Shown: positions 1-10,093, counted from the first letter of the stretch. The stretch: 64,000 nt of DNA from Fibrobacteria bacterium (GCA_050294405.1 JBNKOC010000030.1:32001-96000), one strand, 5' to 3'. Made by a program: numbers and translations. The notes: a model not told the origin generated them from the sequence alone.

Positions 1-348
1 GTACAGCCCTTTAGGATTGGCCGATTCGCTGGCTGTTTTATCTTTTTTTTCGGCGGGCAGGGCTGGAAATAAGGCCACTGCGGGAACAGCTAATTTTAAA
101 GCTTCTTCTACTTGTTTTAATATGCCGTCAATGGAATAGCGATATTGACCGGGCATAGACCCTATGGCCTGTTTTATATTCTTCCCTTCGGTCACAAAGA
201 GAGGAAGAATGAAATCACTAGGGGAGAGCTGATTTTCCCGAACCATGCTCCGAATGCTTGGGCTTACCCTGTTGCGTCTGGGGCGAGAAGGAATGTATAT
301 CTCCTCGTCGCCATGATGATGGTGGTGATCACAGCATTCTTCAGTCAT
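1..348 (-). CDS. hemB: Porphobilinogen synthase (ALA dehydratase), 5' part; gene runs off the left edge
   Basis: Not in the ORF track. Hand translation from ATG at 348: MTEECCDHHHHHGDEEIYIPSRPRRNRVSPSIRSMVRENQLSPSDFILPLFVTEG...SMPGQYRYSID...VALFP...ANPKGLY, matching the HemB N-terminus. AAGGA SD upstream. Confidence 0.9.
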   Translation of the reverse strand, partial: MTEECCDHHHHHGDEEIYIPSRPRRNRVSPSIRSMVRENQLSPSDFILPLFVTEGKNIKQAIGSMPGQYRYSIDGILKQVEEALKLAVPAVALFPALPAEKKDKTASESANPKGLY

Positions 349-361
349 AATATTTCCTTTT

Positions 362-751
362 TTACAGGGCCGCTACAATTTGTTTGCGCAGCTCAGACAA
401 TTCTTCGGGAATGGCAGGCTTAGCTCGGGAGAAAGTTAAATCTCCCTCCCCAAACATGGGCACTAAATGCACATGGGCGTGGGGTACTTCAAGCCCTGCC
501 ACCATAATGCCAACTCTTTTACAGGGGACCGCTTTTTCTAAAGCGGGAATTATTTTTTTGGCAAATGGCAAAAGGCCGGATAAAATATCGTCGTCCAAAT
601 CAAAGATGTAATCGGTTTCCTGTTTGGGAATAACCAGACAATGACCGGGATTAATGGGACGAATATCTAAAAAAGCGAAATACTTGTCGCTTTCAAGTAT
701 TTTTTCGCAAGGTATTTCTCCCTGGATAATTTTGGTAAAAATACTTGGCAT
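362..751 (-). CDS. HIT family nucleotide hydrolase
   Basis: SIFTKII..EIP, FLDIRPINPGH, histidine triad VPHAHVHLVP. Confidence 0.93.
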   Translation of the reverse strand: MPSIFTKIIQGEIPCEKILESDKYFAFLDIRPINPGHCLVIPKQETDYIFDLDDDILSGLLPFAKKIIPALEKAVPCKRVGIMVAGLEVPHAHVHLVPMFGEGDLTFSRAKPAIPEELSELRKQIVAAL

Positions 752-797
752 GAATGGAATCGATATGCCTGTGCAGCGCAGGCATATACATTCAAAA

Positions 798-980
798 TTA
801 TTTTATCTCTTTATGAACTGTGTGGCGGTTCAAAAAAGGATTGTACTTTTTAATTTCAATTCTTCCAGGCTGCTTAGACTTATTTTTTGTGTACATGTAG
901 CGGCTAGGCGGCTTTCCTTCGTTGCGAGCCTCTGTGCATTCCACTGTTACCACTACTCGTTTTCCTTTAATTTGTGGCAT
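798..980 (-). CDS. rpmG: 50S ribosomal protein L33, zinc-ribbon-less type
   Basis: 60 aa; VECTE...SRY...KNK...[21 protein letters not shown]. Confidence 0.95.
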   Translation of the reverse strand: MPQIKGKRVVVTVECTEARNEGKPPSRYMYTKNKSKQPGRIEIKKYNPFLNRHTVHKEIK

Positions 981-1017
981 TCTACAAATCCTTATTAAAA
1001 ATGTTTTCGGGCAAATA

Positions 1018-2574
1018 TTAATTAATTTGCTCTAAAATTTCCAATTCCTGGTTGGTTTTATCCTGACTCCAGATTCCCAGGGTGTTTGTAGCAAAAACGT
1101 TGACGTCGTAGACTCCAGGCTCAAAGACGCCGAAGATCCCGGGTGAAAACTCCCAACTGCCGTCAGACTTTGGCTTTGTGTTTTTCCTTAGGCCCTTTAC
1201 CTCCAGGATGATAGTGGCCAGGGTATCGGAAACCCAGCCGTTAAATCCGGGAATACTGTCAGAAATGACCTGTTTGACGATACTTACTTCAGGGGGTTGG
1301 GGGCAAAGGGTTAAACCGGATAAAGTGGTTTTTCTTTTGAAAAAGTCCAATTGGCTGGAATCGTGAAAGCAAAATCCATCGTTTAAAATTAAAAATTCCA
1401 ACTTGTTAAGTCTGGTAATTTCCCTGGGAAGGGAATCTAATGGGTTGTCTTTTAGGTTTAAGCTGTTAAGGACAGATAAATTTCCCAGGGACCTGGGCAT
1501 ATCCCGGAGCTTATTTTGGCTGAGCATTAGGGTAATGAGTTTATTGGCTTGGCCCAGGCTGTTGGGCATGGATTCCAGTTCGTTGTTTTCCAGGAATAAC
1601 TCTTTGAGAGAAATGAGCCCTCCAAAAAACTCTCTAAGATTTTTCAGCTTGTTGTGGCTTAAATCCAGGATTTCCAACTTGGAAAGTTTTATTAGTGAAT
1701 CGGGAATTGAAATTATTTGGTTGCGGCCCAAATAAATCTTTTCCAGTTCTGTTAAATTTCCCAAGTCGCTTGGAAGGTTCACCATTAAGTTTTGTGAAAA
1801 ATCCATTATTCGCAATAGGCTGTCTTTGGTAAGTTTTACGGGAAACTGGTTTATTTCATTTGCTCTGCCATAAATTTCTTCCAGGCTGCTCAGTTGGTCT
1901 ATTTTTTCGGGAAGGGATTTGATTTTATTGTTTTGGAAATTTAAAACTTTAAGTTGGGATAGGTCGTCAATAGTTTTACTAAAGCTTCCCAAATTGTTGT
2001 CTCTAACGTTTAAATGCTCCAATTTGGCCCAGCGAGTAGTTTCTGAAACCAGGTTAGTTAATTGGTTGTAACTTACATCTAAAAATTTTAGGTTAGGCAG
2101 CTTTGCCATAGATTGGGGAATACTTTGCAACTGGCAGCGGGAGCAACTCAATGTATCTAATTTTTCCAATTGGCCTATGGCATTGGGCAGTTTGGCTAAT
2201 AAGCTGCCATCTGCAATTATGGAGGTTAACTCGGTTAAAAAGGCAGTTGTGTCGGGCAAAATTTTAAGTTGGGAATTCGCGAAGTTGAGTTTTACGATGC
2301 GGTTATTTTTAAGGACGCGGTACTTTGTTTCATTGGAGTTGGAAATACCGTTTTCCTCCAGTATTAAGGCTAAAATATCCGCATCTCGCTGGGCTGAATC
2401 TATGGTTATGCTATCCAGGGCCAAACTGTCCGAAGCCGCAGGGTCTTTTTTTATGGCGTCCGGCGGGTCAAGTATGCATCCCTGGAAGAATCCCGCGGAA
2501 AGGTAGAAGACAGGTAGGGCAACAAAGAGCGCGCGGATAACCGGTATATAACATTTGGATACTTTTGCTAACAT
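1018..2574 (-). CDS. Leucine-rich-repeat lipoprotein with C-terminal Ig-like domain
   Basis: Lipobox-like FQGC; about 13 repeats of ~23 aa LxxLxLxxNxLxxLP; C-terminal beta-rich DGSWEF...[12 protein letters not shown]. Confidence 0.85.
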   Translation of the reverse strand: MLAKVSKCYIPVIRALFVALPVFYLSAGFFQGCILDPPDAIKKDPAASDSLALDSITIDSAQRDADILALILEENGISNSNETKYRVLKNNRIVKLNFANSQLKILPDTTAFLTELTSIIADGSLLAKLPNAIGQLEKLDTLSCSRCQLQSIPQSMAKLPNLKFLDVSYNQLTNLVSETTRWAKLEHLNVRDNNLGSFSKTIDDLSQLKVLNFQNNKIKSLPEKIDQLSSLEEIYGRANEINQFPVKLTKDSLLRIMDFSQNLMVNLPSDLGNLTELEKIYLGRNQIISIPDSLIKLSKLEILDLSHNKLKNLREFFGGLISLKELFLENNELESMPNSLGQANKLITLMLSQNKLRDMPRSLGNLSVLNSLNLKDNPLDSLPREITRLNKLEFLILNDGFCFHDSSQLDFFKRKTTLSGLTLCPQPPEVSIVKQVISDSIPGFNGWVSDTLATIILEVKGLRKNTKPKSDGSWEFSPGIFGVFEPGVYDVNVFATNTLGIWSQDKTNQELEILEQIN

Positions 2575-2575
2575 A

Positions 2576-3073
2576 TCAGGATAAATCGGGTTTTCGGTAA
2601 ATGATTTTAATTAACACCTGGGCTAACTCGGGATTACGCGCCACCAAGGTATCCAACTGGGCGAAATAATTTTTTTTATCGCCCATGTTGTAATATATCT
2701 TGCCCAGCTCGTAATGGGCGTAATACCAATCGGGCTTTATTTTAAGGGTTTGCCGCAAGGATTGAATGGCGAACTCGTATTGATTGATGTTTCCATAACA
2801 TATGCCAAGTCCCATATAAGCTCTGGGGTTCTTTTTGTTAAGTTTAAGGGCCTGATTAAAATAATGTATGCCACTGCTAAAATCCTGTTCCTCAATTTTT
2901 AACCAGCCAAGGCCTGTTAAAGCCAGGTCATTTTTTGGGTCGCCGGCTAAAGCTTTGGAAAGAGCTTCAAACTCCCATTGAAGGGTTTCGGGGTTTTTTG
3001 CACTGCCTTTTAACTGGCTTTCTTCAAAGGAGGAACAGCCCAAAAACAGAAAAAGTAAAAGCAAGCTTTTCAC
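2576..3073 (-). CDS. Tetratricopeptide-repeat lipoprotein
   Basis: Signal peptide ending FLGC; three TPR-like repeats (ALTGLG, AYMGLG, AHYELG). Confidence 0.85.
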   Translation of the reverse strand: MKSLLLLFLFLGCSSFEESQLKGSAKNPETLQWEFEALSKALAGDPKNDLALTGLGWLKIEEQDFSSGIHYFNQALKLNKKNPRAYMGLGICYGNINQYEFAIQSLRQTLKIKPDWYYAHYELGKIYYNMGDKKNYFAQLDTLVARNPELAQVLIKIIYRKPDLS

Positions 3074-3166
3074 AGCTTTTCTCCATGGGGCCTTAACTTT
3101 TCCCCCTTTTTAATTATCCCACCAAATTGCCTAAATCGCCAATATTCACCATATTTTTACAAAAAT

Positions 3167-5794
3167 GTGGAAAAACTCCCTCAATTTTTAGTTTTTTATC
3201 ATTTGTTGAGCTCTATGGCCCGTCTGTTTCGTTATTTGAAATCCCATCCAAAAACTTCTTTGAAGGCTTATTTAATATTACTGGCTTTTGTGGGCTATTT
3301 CATTAGCCTGGCGCCGGGGATTTCTTTGTGGGATAGTCCAGAATTTTCTGCTGCCATTAACCAATTGGGAATTCCCCATCCGCCAGGAACTCCCATGTAT
3401 ATGATTGCGGGCAAGTTTTGGGATTTGCTTTTTTCTTTTTTTGTTGAACCTGCATTCCGTCATAATTTATTGTCCTTGTTTTCAGCTTTGGTTTCTTTGC
3501 TTTTGTTATTCGATATAGCACTTATTTTTGCCAGAAATTTTTTTAAAGAAAGCAATTTGCAGTTCGGGGTCGCCCTAGGGGCGCCCATGCTGCTTAGCTT
3601 TTCCAAAACCTTTTGGTTTAATGCTGTGGAAACTGAAGTTTATGCTCCGGCCATGGCGATTATGTTATTGGAAGCCTGGCTGGTACTTAGTATTCCCCAA
3701 AGCTCCCCTCTCCTGCAAAAGAAAAAAGGGCTGTTGTTTATATATGTATCTGTATTGGGCATTGGGGTCCATATGTATTCTATGTTGCTTTTTTTGCCTC
3801 TTTACATGATTTTAGGCGGTTTTTGGAATAAGATTCGCTTTGGTAAAACCGGCCTTTTTCTATTCTTTTTTATCTTTCTTTCGGCCTCTCTGGGATTTGC
3901 TATTCCTGCCCTGTCTGAAAAACCCTGGTTTTTGCTAGGAGCCGCCACTATTTCAATAATGTTAATCGTTTTGGGTTTTAGGTTAGGGGAGTTTAAAGAT
4001 TGGGCTTTTTGGGTTAGCGGATTAGCATGCCTTTTAGTTATCGTAAATCCTGTCTGGTTTTATGTTAGTGTGTGTTTTCTTCTTTTGTTTTTTACCTGCG
4101 TTTATCTTTATGGAAAGAAACCGCGTTGGCTTTTTCCAAGCCTTTCTTTGCTGTTGGTTGTAGTTGCCTACAGCCACCAAATGTATTTACCTCTGCGTTC
4201 CTCGTTAAACCCCTATTTAAATGAAAATAACCCCCAAAGCTGGTCCTCCTTTTTGGAAACATTGGAGCGAAAACAATATGGCTCGGAAAATATGTTGTCC
4301 AGAATGTTCCACAGACGGGGCGCTTGGAGCTCCCAATTGGCAAACGGCAGCCATATTGGTTTTTTAAATTACCAATGGGAACAGTATTTCAATTTAAATG
4401 GGGTATTACCCTTTAAAAGCCTTAATGGAATGCTGGGGGCAATTGTGTGGGGTCTTTCCCTTTCAGCTCTTTGGGGTTTGCGAAAGAAAAACAAGAACTG
4501 GGCTATGTATCTTCTTTGTATGTATAGTCTTTGCTCATTGGGTTTAGCGCTTTATATGAATTTTTCAGATGGAAGTAAAATCAGCCATCAGCAAAAAAAA
4601 CGCTGGTTAGTAAAAGCCAAGGAAAGCTATGAATTATTAAAAACAAAATCAGATAATCTTCCTGAATTTCCAGACCCCGATAAACTGGCCCAAACTGAAT
4701 TGCTGTTGGAACGTTTTCCAGAGCAAAGATCCGAATGGCTTTCCGGGAATCGGGGGAAAATGTTTATGGAATTTATTCAATTGCAAAATATGGCCAAAAA
4801 TCAGGGACTTGATTTTCCCCGGGTTCCCAAAACCGAACATAGGGAAGTGAGGGAAAGAGATTATTTCTTTGTCCCGGCTTTTATTTGGTTTTCTTTGATA
4901 TTTTCCCTGATGTTAGCTGTGTTTTGGAAAAGGCTAGGGGGCAAGAACCTAGGACCAGTTCCCCTGGTTGTATCCTCTTTGCTGTGGGTACCCGGCTTTG
5001 CCAGCCATTTTAATAGTAACAACCGCCGGGGTGATTATGTGGCCGAAAATTTTGCCATGAATTGCCTTATTTCCTGCCCCCCCGATGCGGTGCTATACAC
5101 TAATGGAGATAACGATACTTTTCCTCTTTGGTATCTGCAAAGTGTGAAAAATATAAGGCCTGATGTTCGTATTATTAATTTTTCCCTGAGCAATTTAGAG
5201 TGGTATGTGCGTCAATTGGCCGAAGGGAAAAACGCCCTCAGCCTTCCCAATGTTTTAAAAGACAGCGGAAAATTTCCGGAAACAGCCTGGTATAAATTTT
5301 CCAGCCCCCAAAGATTAAAAGCTCCGGGAGACAGCAGCTTATATGTTGTGCTGGGGAAAGATAGCCAATATGAATTGCTGGATGTCCAAACTATGGTATT
5401 AATGGATGTGGCCTTGTATAACGGCACACAAAGGCCCGTATGTTTTAACATCATGACTCCTTCCCATATATTAATGGGATTGGACAGCTATTTTGAAGAG
5501 CGGGGCCTGGTAAGTTGCATTTCCAAAGAACCCGGGTTTAACTTGCCTCTTTTAGACAGTTTACTTCTTAAAGAATATGTATACGATTTTTCTGCGCGAT
5601 TTAGCCAACGCAAAGATTATTGGCAGTTAACATGGCCCTATAAAAGCCTTGTTGAAAAAGCTTATGAGGCCCATATAAGCTCACAAGACGAAGTTAGCAC
5701 TGACGGGAAGATAAAAAAGAAAAAGACAGAAACCCCTGTTATAAAGGAATACCGGCAACTGTCAAAAAAAATGAATTTTGGAGTGGAGTTTTAG
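3167..5794 (+). CDS. DUF2723/TMEM260-family multi-pass GT-C glycosyltransferase (putative protein O-mannosyltransferase)
   Basis: WDSPEF, GIPHPPGTPMY, FWFNAVETEVYA, RERDYFF and NGDNDTFPLWYLQ motifs; many TM helices. True start may be the ATG at 3215. Confidence 0.85.
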   Translation: MEKLPQFLVFYHLLSSMARLFRYLKSHPKTSLKAYLILLAFVGYFISLAPGISLWDSPEFSAAINQLGIPHPPGTPMYMIAGKFWDLLFSFFVEPAFRHNLLSLFSALVSLLLLFDIALIFARNFFKESNLQFGVALGAPMLLSFSKTFWFNAVETEVYAPAMAIMLLEAWLVLSIPQSSPLLQKKKGLLFIYVSVLGIGVHMYSMLLFLPLYMILGGFWNKIRFGKTGLFLFFFIFLSASLGFAIPALSEKPWFLLGAATISIMLIVLGFRLGEFKDWAFWVSGLACLLVIVNPVWFYVSVCFLLLFFTCVYLYGKKPRWLFPSLSLLLVVVAYSHQMYLPLRSSLNPYLNENNPQSWSSFLETLERKQYGSENMLSRMFHRRGAWSSQLANGSHIGFLNYQWEQYFNLNGVLPFKSLNGMLGAIVWGLSLSALWGLRKKNKNWAMYLLCMYSLCSLGLALYMNFSDGSKISHQQKKRWLVKAKESYELLKTKSDNLPEFPDPDKLAQTELLLERFPEQRSEWLSGNRGKMFMEFIQLQNMAKNQGLDFPRVPKTEHREVRERDYFFVPAFIWFSLIFSLMLAVFWKRLGGKNLGPVPLVVSSLLWVPGFASHFNSNNRRGDYVAENFAMNCLISCPPDAVLYTNGDNDTFPLWYLQSVKNIRPDVRIINFSLSNLEWYVRQLAEGKNALSLPNVLKDSGKFPETAWYKFSSPQRLKAPGDSSLYVVLGKDSQYELLDVQTMVLMDVALYNGTQRPVCFNIMTPSHILMGLDSYFEERGLVSCISKEPGFNLPLLDSLLLKEYVYDFSARFSQRKDYWQLTWPYKSLVEKAYEAHISSQDEVSTDGKIKKKKTETPVIKEYRQLSKKMNFGVEF

Positions 5795-5814
5795 GCCGGC
5801 AACCAAGCGCATTT

Positions 5815-7008
5815 TTAACGCAATTTTTTAATATCGTCTATTACTTCTCTTTTGGCCAATTCTTCGGAAAGAGGCGTGGAGTAAACATGCAGGCCGTTAC
5901 CCCCTCTGCATTTAACCGTATACATGGCCTCATCGGCTTTGGATACCAAAAGATTGGCGCTCATAAGCCCCCATTCCTTATGGTATTCCGTTATTCCTAT
6001 AGACAGAGAAGTGGCTCCCAGTTTTTGATTCACAAAATCCAGTAAAATTCTATCGCAGATGATTTTGCAACCTTTGGCGTTGGTTTCGGGAAAAAGCAAC
6101 ACGAATTCATCGCCCCCATAACGAAAGGCCCAGTCTAAATCTTTGCGGATTTGGTCCTGGATTATTTTGCTCAAAACCACCAGTAAATTGTCCCCGGCAA
6201 GATGGCCAAAATTATCGTTGTACTCCTTAAATTTGTCCACATCGATTAGGGCCAGGGAAAGGGGCCTGTCGGGATAACGGTTGTGGATTTTTTGCAACTT
6301 GGTGGCTTCTGTTTTTAAGTGACGCACATTGTATAAGCCTGTGAGGCTATCTGTAATGGAAAGTTGAGTGAGCTGCTCATTTTTATCTTTGAGTTCTTTT
6401 TCAAGCATTCGGCGGTGGGTCACATTTTTGCACGTAAAAATATCTCCCAAAAATTGCTTGTTGTGATGGTGAACCTGGGCATTGCCCGTTTTTTTATCGA
6501 ATAAACTGGAAACCGTTACGGAAAGCCAAATGCTCTCTCCAGTGGATTTGTTTTTAATGGCCAGCTCAATGGCGTTAGCAACTCCCTTTTCTTTAACCTC
6601 TTCTAGCAAAACTGAAATGGCGTCGGGGTCATCGAAAAGACTGCGTACATCTTTACCCAAAACCTCCAGTGCGGGAATTCCAAAAGCCTGTTCAGAGCCG
6701 TGGTTGAACTTTATAATTCGGTGCTCTAAATCCGTGGTAAAAATAATGTCTTTGGAGTTTGAAACGATACTTTCAAAATACCAGGACTTGGACTCCAACC
6801 GTTTGAGTCGTTTTTGTTGGCTGTCGAAAAGCTCGTCCTTTTCAAGAAGCTCCAAATGTCTTATGCCCCAAAAAGCTCCGGCCAGACAAAGCAAAAATAT
6901 AGGCAAAATTGGCTGATGTAAATAAAAAATAGCCAGCCCACACCATACCAGCATGATAATCAAAACGGCTGAATAGTAAGCTCGGAAAGTTTTAGGCTTA
7001 TTTGGCAT
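5815..7008 (-). CDS. Membrane-anchored PAS-GGDEF diguanylate cyclase
   Basis: Two N-terminal TM helices, PAS domain, TDSLTGLYN, DVDKFKEYNDNFGH, RYGGDEF. Confidence 0.92.
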   Translation of the reverse strand: MPNKPKTFRAYYSAVLIIMLVWCGLAIFYLHQPILPIFLLCLAGAFWGIRHLELLEKDELFDSQQKRLKRLESKSWYFESIVSNSKDIIFTTDLEHRIIKFNHGSEQAFGIPALEVLGKDVRSLFDDPDAISVLLEEVKEKGVANAIELAIKNKSTGESIWLSVTVSSLFDKKTGNAQVHHHNKQFLGDIFTCKNVTHRRMLEKELKDKNEQLTQLSITDSLTGLYNVRHLKTEATKLQKIHNRYPDRPLSLALIDVDKFKEYNDNFGHLAGDNLLVVLSKIIQDQIRKDLDWAFRYGGDEFVLLFPETNAKGCKIICDRILLDFVNQKLGATSLSIGITEYHKEWGLMSANLLVSKADEAMYTVKCRGGNGLHVYSTPLSEELAKREVIDDIKKLR

Positions 7009-7024
7009 TCAGGCTTTTTCCTGT

Positions 7025-7639
7025 TTAAATAGTACCTTTATTTGTAGGTGAAAAAAAGAGCTTTGACAATAAATCCTGGTGGGGAAAACTTTTACGAATC
7101 TTATCAAAAGCCTTGCCCCAATTGTAAAAATCTTTTTTTGAGGCGGCATCAAACTGGGCTTTTCCCTTTACAGAAAATGGCAGGCTGAAATCTCCAGAAG
7201 CGGAAAGCTGGTCAAAAACATGGACTTCTCCTTTAAGTTCCAGGCCGGAATCCAAAAATTTTAGTTCTAAAAATTCCAGCTGGATTCGGTAATTGGGCCG
7301 CTCGCTTTGATGGACAATTTCAATTTTTTTGGTGGGGGAGTAGAGGCCTACCCGGTTGGTAAATTCCTTTTGCAATTCGTCCCCTAATTTTTCCATGGGG
7401 TTTTCATTTATAAACTGTTCTGGCCAGTTTTCTAAATTTTGAACTTGTGTTTCATCTTTTAATGGGATTACAGACAGCCGCAGGTTTTCCTGTAAGGAAA
7501 TTCTTTTTTCTGAGGCCTTGTTTTTTGGGGAGTTAGACCCGCATCCCGGAAAAAATAAAATGAGGCCAAATAGCACGATTTTGAGGAACTGTTTCCCCTT
7601 GTAGAAAAATTGAATTTTTTTTAAAAATCTCTCAAACAT
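7025..7639 (-). CDS. Hypothetical lipoprotein
   Basis: Hydrophobic stretch ending FPGC-GS; no recognised domain. Confidence 0.6.
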   Translation of the reverse strand: MFERFLKKIQFFYKGKQFLKIVLFGLILFFPGCGSNSPKNKASEKRISLQENLRLSVIPLKDETQVQNLENWPEQFINENPMEKLGDELQKEFTNRVGLYSPTKKIEIVHQSERPNYRIQLEFLELKFLDSGLELKGEVHVFDQLSASGDFSLPFSVKGKAQFDAASKKDFYNWGKAFDKIRKSFPHQDLLSKLFFSPTNKGTI

Positions 7640-7781
7640 TCAGGGATAATTTTTTGTAAAAATTTGTTAAAGTTCCCAGCTTAATTGTCCGAAAATTATG
7701 GAGAGAAGAAAAAGCTTTTTTGCCTGCATTTAAGCTTTTTTTTTCCGGTGAAAGCCATAGCGGGTTTAGGTTTTCCCTGAT

Positions 7782-9050
7782 TTAAGCTTGCGTTAAAAAT
7801 GGATTTTCACTGTCTTCTCTCTGATCGTGAGGGTGAGTGTCTTCCCCAGATGCTCCCCTTTCGCCGGAGGAGGGAACTCCAAGTAATTTTATTTGCGTAA
7901 CCTCGCTTTTTGCGCCAATTCTAAGGGGTGGGCCCCAAAATCCTGTTCCCTGACTGACATACAGCCAGCAATCTCCAAATTTTTTTAGACCGGATAGTAG
8001 CACGTTGGAGCGTTTGGCAAAATAGTTCCAGGGCCAATACTGTCCACCGTGGGTATGGCCGGAAATTTGTAAATCCACTTTGGCTTTTTGCGCCAGCGCA
8101 AGGGTATTGGGCTGATGCGCTAAAAGTATGCGCGGTAGGTCTTCGGGAATGCCCGCAAATGCTTTTTCCGGCGAACAGGGATTTTCCCGGTCGAATTGCC
8201 CGGCTTTCAAATCGCTAACGCCTCCTAGGGCTATTTTCTGATTTTCTTTTTCTAAAATGACATGTTCATTCATTAAAATGTGGAGGCCCAAGTCTTTTAG
8301 GAGTACCAGCCAGGGAGCAGCTCCTGAATAATATTCATGGTTGCCTGTTACAAAATAAACTCCGAGAGGAGCCTTTAATTTTCTAAGAGGCTCAGCTTTC
8401 CCTTTTAAGATCTCCGCCGGTCCGTCTACCAGGTCGCCGGTAATAACAATAATATCAGCATTTGCCTGCATGACTTTTTGCACGACCCGTTCCACAAACT
8501 CCTTGGGTAAGGTGGCGGCAATGTGCAAATCGCTGATTTGGGCGATGTTTAAGCCTGAAAAATCGGGCTTTATTTTTTTTAATTTCACAGTCACTTTTTT
8601 AAAGGAGGGAGTGCGGTAAGCGCCTAACATTCCCCATAACATCATAAGTAAACAGAGAGCAAGCACCAGCCAGGAACCCCATTGAATGGTTTGGCCAGCA
8701 TGTATTTTGGATATGGGCAAAAGCCAGTATAGGCCTCCAAATACTTTCTTTAGTAAAAGCAGAGGAAGGGCCAGAGTAAAAAAACCCAGCAAAAAGCTGG
8801 AAGTCAAATGCATCAGGGTAATGGGATAGGCCCCCCAGTTCAGACCCCGCACCGAAAAGGAAAACACCATGGAACAAAAGGCGCAAAACAAAGCACCCCA
8901 ATAGATAATGGCCATGGGCACGCTGGAATTAAAATCCGGGGCAAAGCTCCAGCCCACAAAAAACACGCCTAATCCCAATATGGAAAAGGCCATGCCCAAA
9001 AAGCTTAGGAAAGGCCAGTGAACTCTAGTCTTTTGGTCAGGTTGAGACAT
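7782..9050 (-). CDS. Membrane-bound metallophosphoesterase (YkuE/YaeI-like)
   Basis: N-terminal TM helices; SDLH, TGDLVD, GNHE, LAHQP and GHTHGGQ motifs. Confidence 0.92.
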   Translation of the reverse strand: MSQPDQKTRVHWPFLSFLGMAFSILGLGVFFVGWSFAPDFNSSVPMAIIYWGALFCAFCSMVFSFSVRGLNWGAYPITLMHLTSSFLLGFFTLALPLLLLKKVFGGLYWLLPISKIHAGQTIQWGSWLVLALCLLMMLWGMLGAYRTPSFKKVTVKLKKIKPDFSGLNIAQISDLHIAATLPKEFVERVVQKVMQANADIIVITGDLVDGPAEILKGKAEPLRKLKAPLGVYFVTGNHEYYSGAAPWLVLLKDLGLHILMNEHVILEKENQKIALGGVSDLKAGQFDRENPCSPEKAFAGIPEDLPRILLAHQPNTLALAQKAKVDLQISGHTHGGQYWPWNYFAKRSNVLLSGLKKFGDCWLYVSQGTGFWGPPLRIGAKSEVTQIKLLGVPSSGERGASGEDTHPHDQREDSENPFLTQA

Positions 9051-9147
9051 TGTTTCAAAATAAAATGGTAAAAATAAATGCTATTCCAAGTTAAATCACT
9101 TTAGAAAAGGAAGAAACTAAATTAATTAAAAAAAGGCGCTTTTTGTC

Positions 9148-9164
9148 TTGGCATACTAGTTGCG
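9148..9164 (+). promoter_or_regulatory. Sigma-54 (-24/-12) promoter
   Basis: TTGGCATACTAGTTGCG has GG-N10-GC spacing and is close to the TGGCAC-N5-TTGC consensus; about 43 bp upstream of the ATG at 9207. Confidence 0.7.
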
Positions 9165-9206
9165 ACTCTTACTCTTTTAAATAAACAAACTAAAGGTAGG
9201 CAAAAA

Positions 9207-10034
9207 ATGGCACAGACCCCCGCTTCATTTGAAAGTTTCGACTTGTACTACAAGTATGCTAAGGAGGTTGAAAAATATCCGCTTTTAAACAAAAAAGCCG
9301 AGCAAAAGCTTTTGAAGAAAATAAAAGCCGGAGACGAAAAAGCTTTAAATCAGCTAGTATGCTCTAACCTTCGTTTTGTAATTAAAATTGCCTTTATGTA
9401 CCGAGGCAAAGGCCTGGCTATCGGCGAACTCATTAACGAGGGAAACTTAGGCCTTATCCGCGCTGCACGGGAATTTAATCCGGAGAAAAAAGTGCGTTTT
9501 ATAACTTATGCGGTCTGGTGGGTGCGCCAATCTATTACCCAAGCTTTAGCTGAAAAAAGCCGCACCGTACGTATACCTGCATACAACGAAATGATTTTAA
9601 GCCGCATTTCCAGGGTGTCCGGTCCTCAAAAACAATTTATCGGTGGAGACATGGGACCCGATGTGGATGTCCTTTCTGAAAACCTTCAGTTGGCCAAAAC
9701 CAAAGTGGAAAAAGTTTTGAAAAATGGTGGCAGTGTGAGTTCGTTGGAAGACTACCAGGATAGCGAGATGTTATCAGCTCAAGGTGAACTGGAGTACGAA
9801 TTGAACGCGGAGTCGCAAGCTGCGGCTACCCGCCAGATTTTAAAGAGCTTAAAACCCCGTGAGCAAAAAGTGCTAAAGTACTTTTTCGGATTGGATTCTC
9901 ATAAGATCATGAATCTTCGGGAAATTTCAGAAATCTTAAATATTTCCAGAGAACGAGTGCGTCAAATTAAAGAGGCGGCTTTGGATAAACTGAGAGATCT
10001 AAAAATCAAACGGGAATTGATTACAGCATCCTGA
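9207..10034 (+). CDS. Alternative sigma-70 family sigma factor (RpoD/RpoS-like, lacks region 1.1)
   Basis: Region 2 SNLRFVIKIA...LINEGNLGLIRAA...FITYAVWWVRQSI; region 4 LREISEILNISRERVRQIKEAALDKLR. Confidence 0.93.
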   Translation: MAQTPASFESFDLYYKYAKEVEKYPLLNKKAEQKLLKKIKAGDEKALNQLVCSNLRFVIKIAFMYRGKGLAIGELINEGNLGLIRAAREFNPEKKVRFITYAVWWVRQSITQALAEKSRTVRIPAYNEMILSRISRVSGPQKQFIGGDMGPDVDVLSENLQLAKTKVEKVLKNGGSVSSLEDYQDSEMLSAQGELEYELNAESQAAATRQILKSLKPREQKVLKYFFGLDSHKIMNLREISEILNISRERVRQIKEAALDKLRDLKIKRELITAS

Positions 10035-10064
10035 TGTATGTATATCAAATGTATTTGAGTATTT

Positions 10065-10093
10065 GGCCTCTGGAAATCCAGGGGCCTTTTTTT
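10065..10093 (+). terminator. Intrinsic terminator after the sigma factor gene
   Basis: GGCCTCTGGA-AA-TCCAGGGGCC hairpin followed by T7. Confidence 0.85.

Noticed and set aside
7782..7885. Glycine riboswitch or REP-like element in the low-complexity tail of the phosphoesterase gene
   Set aside because: Only short, weak stems are present, there is no CTCTCAGG motif, and no second copy was seen in the window.
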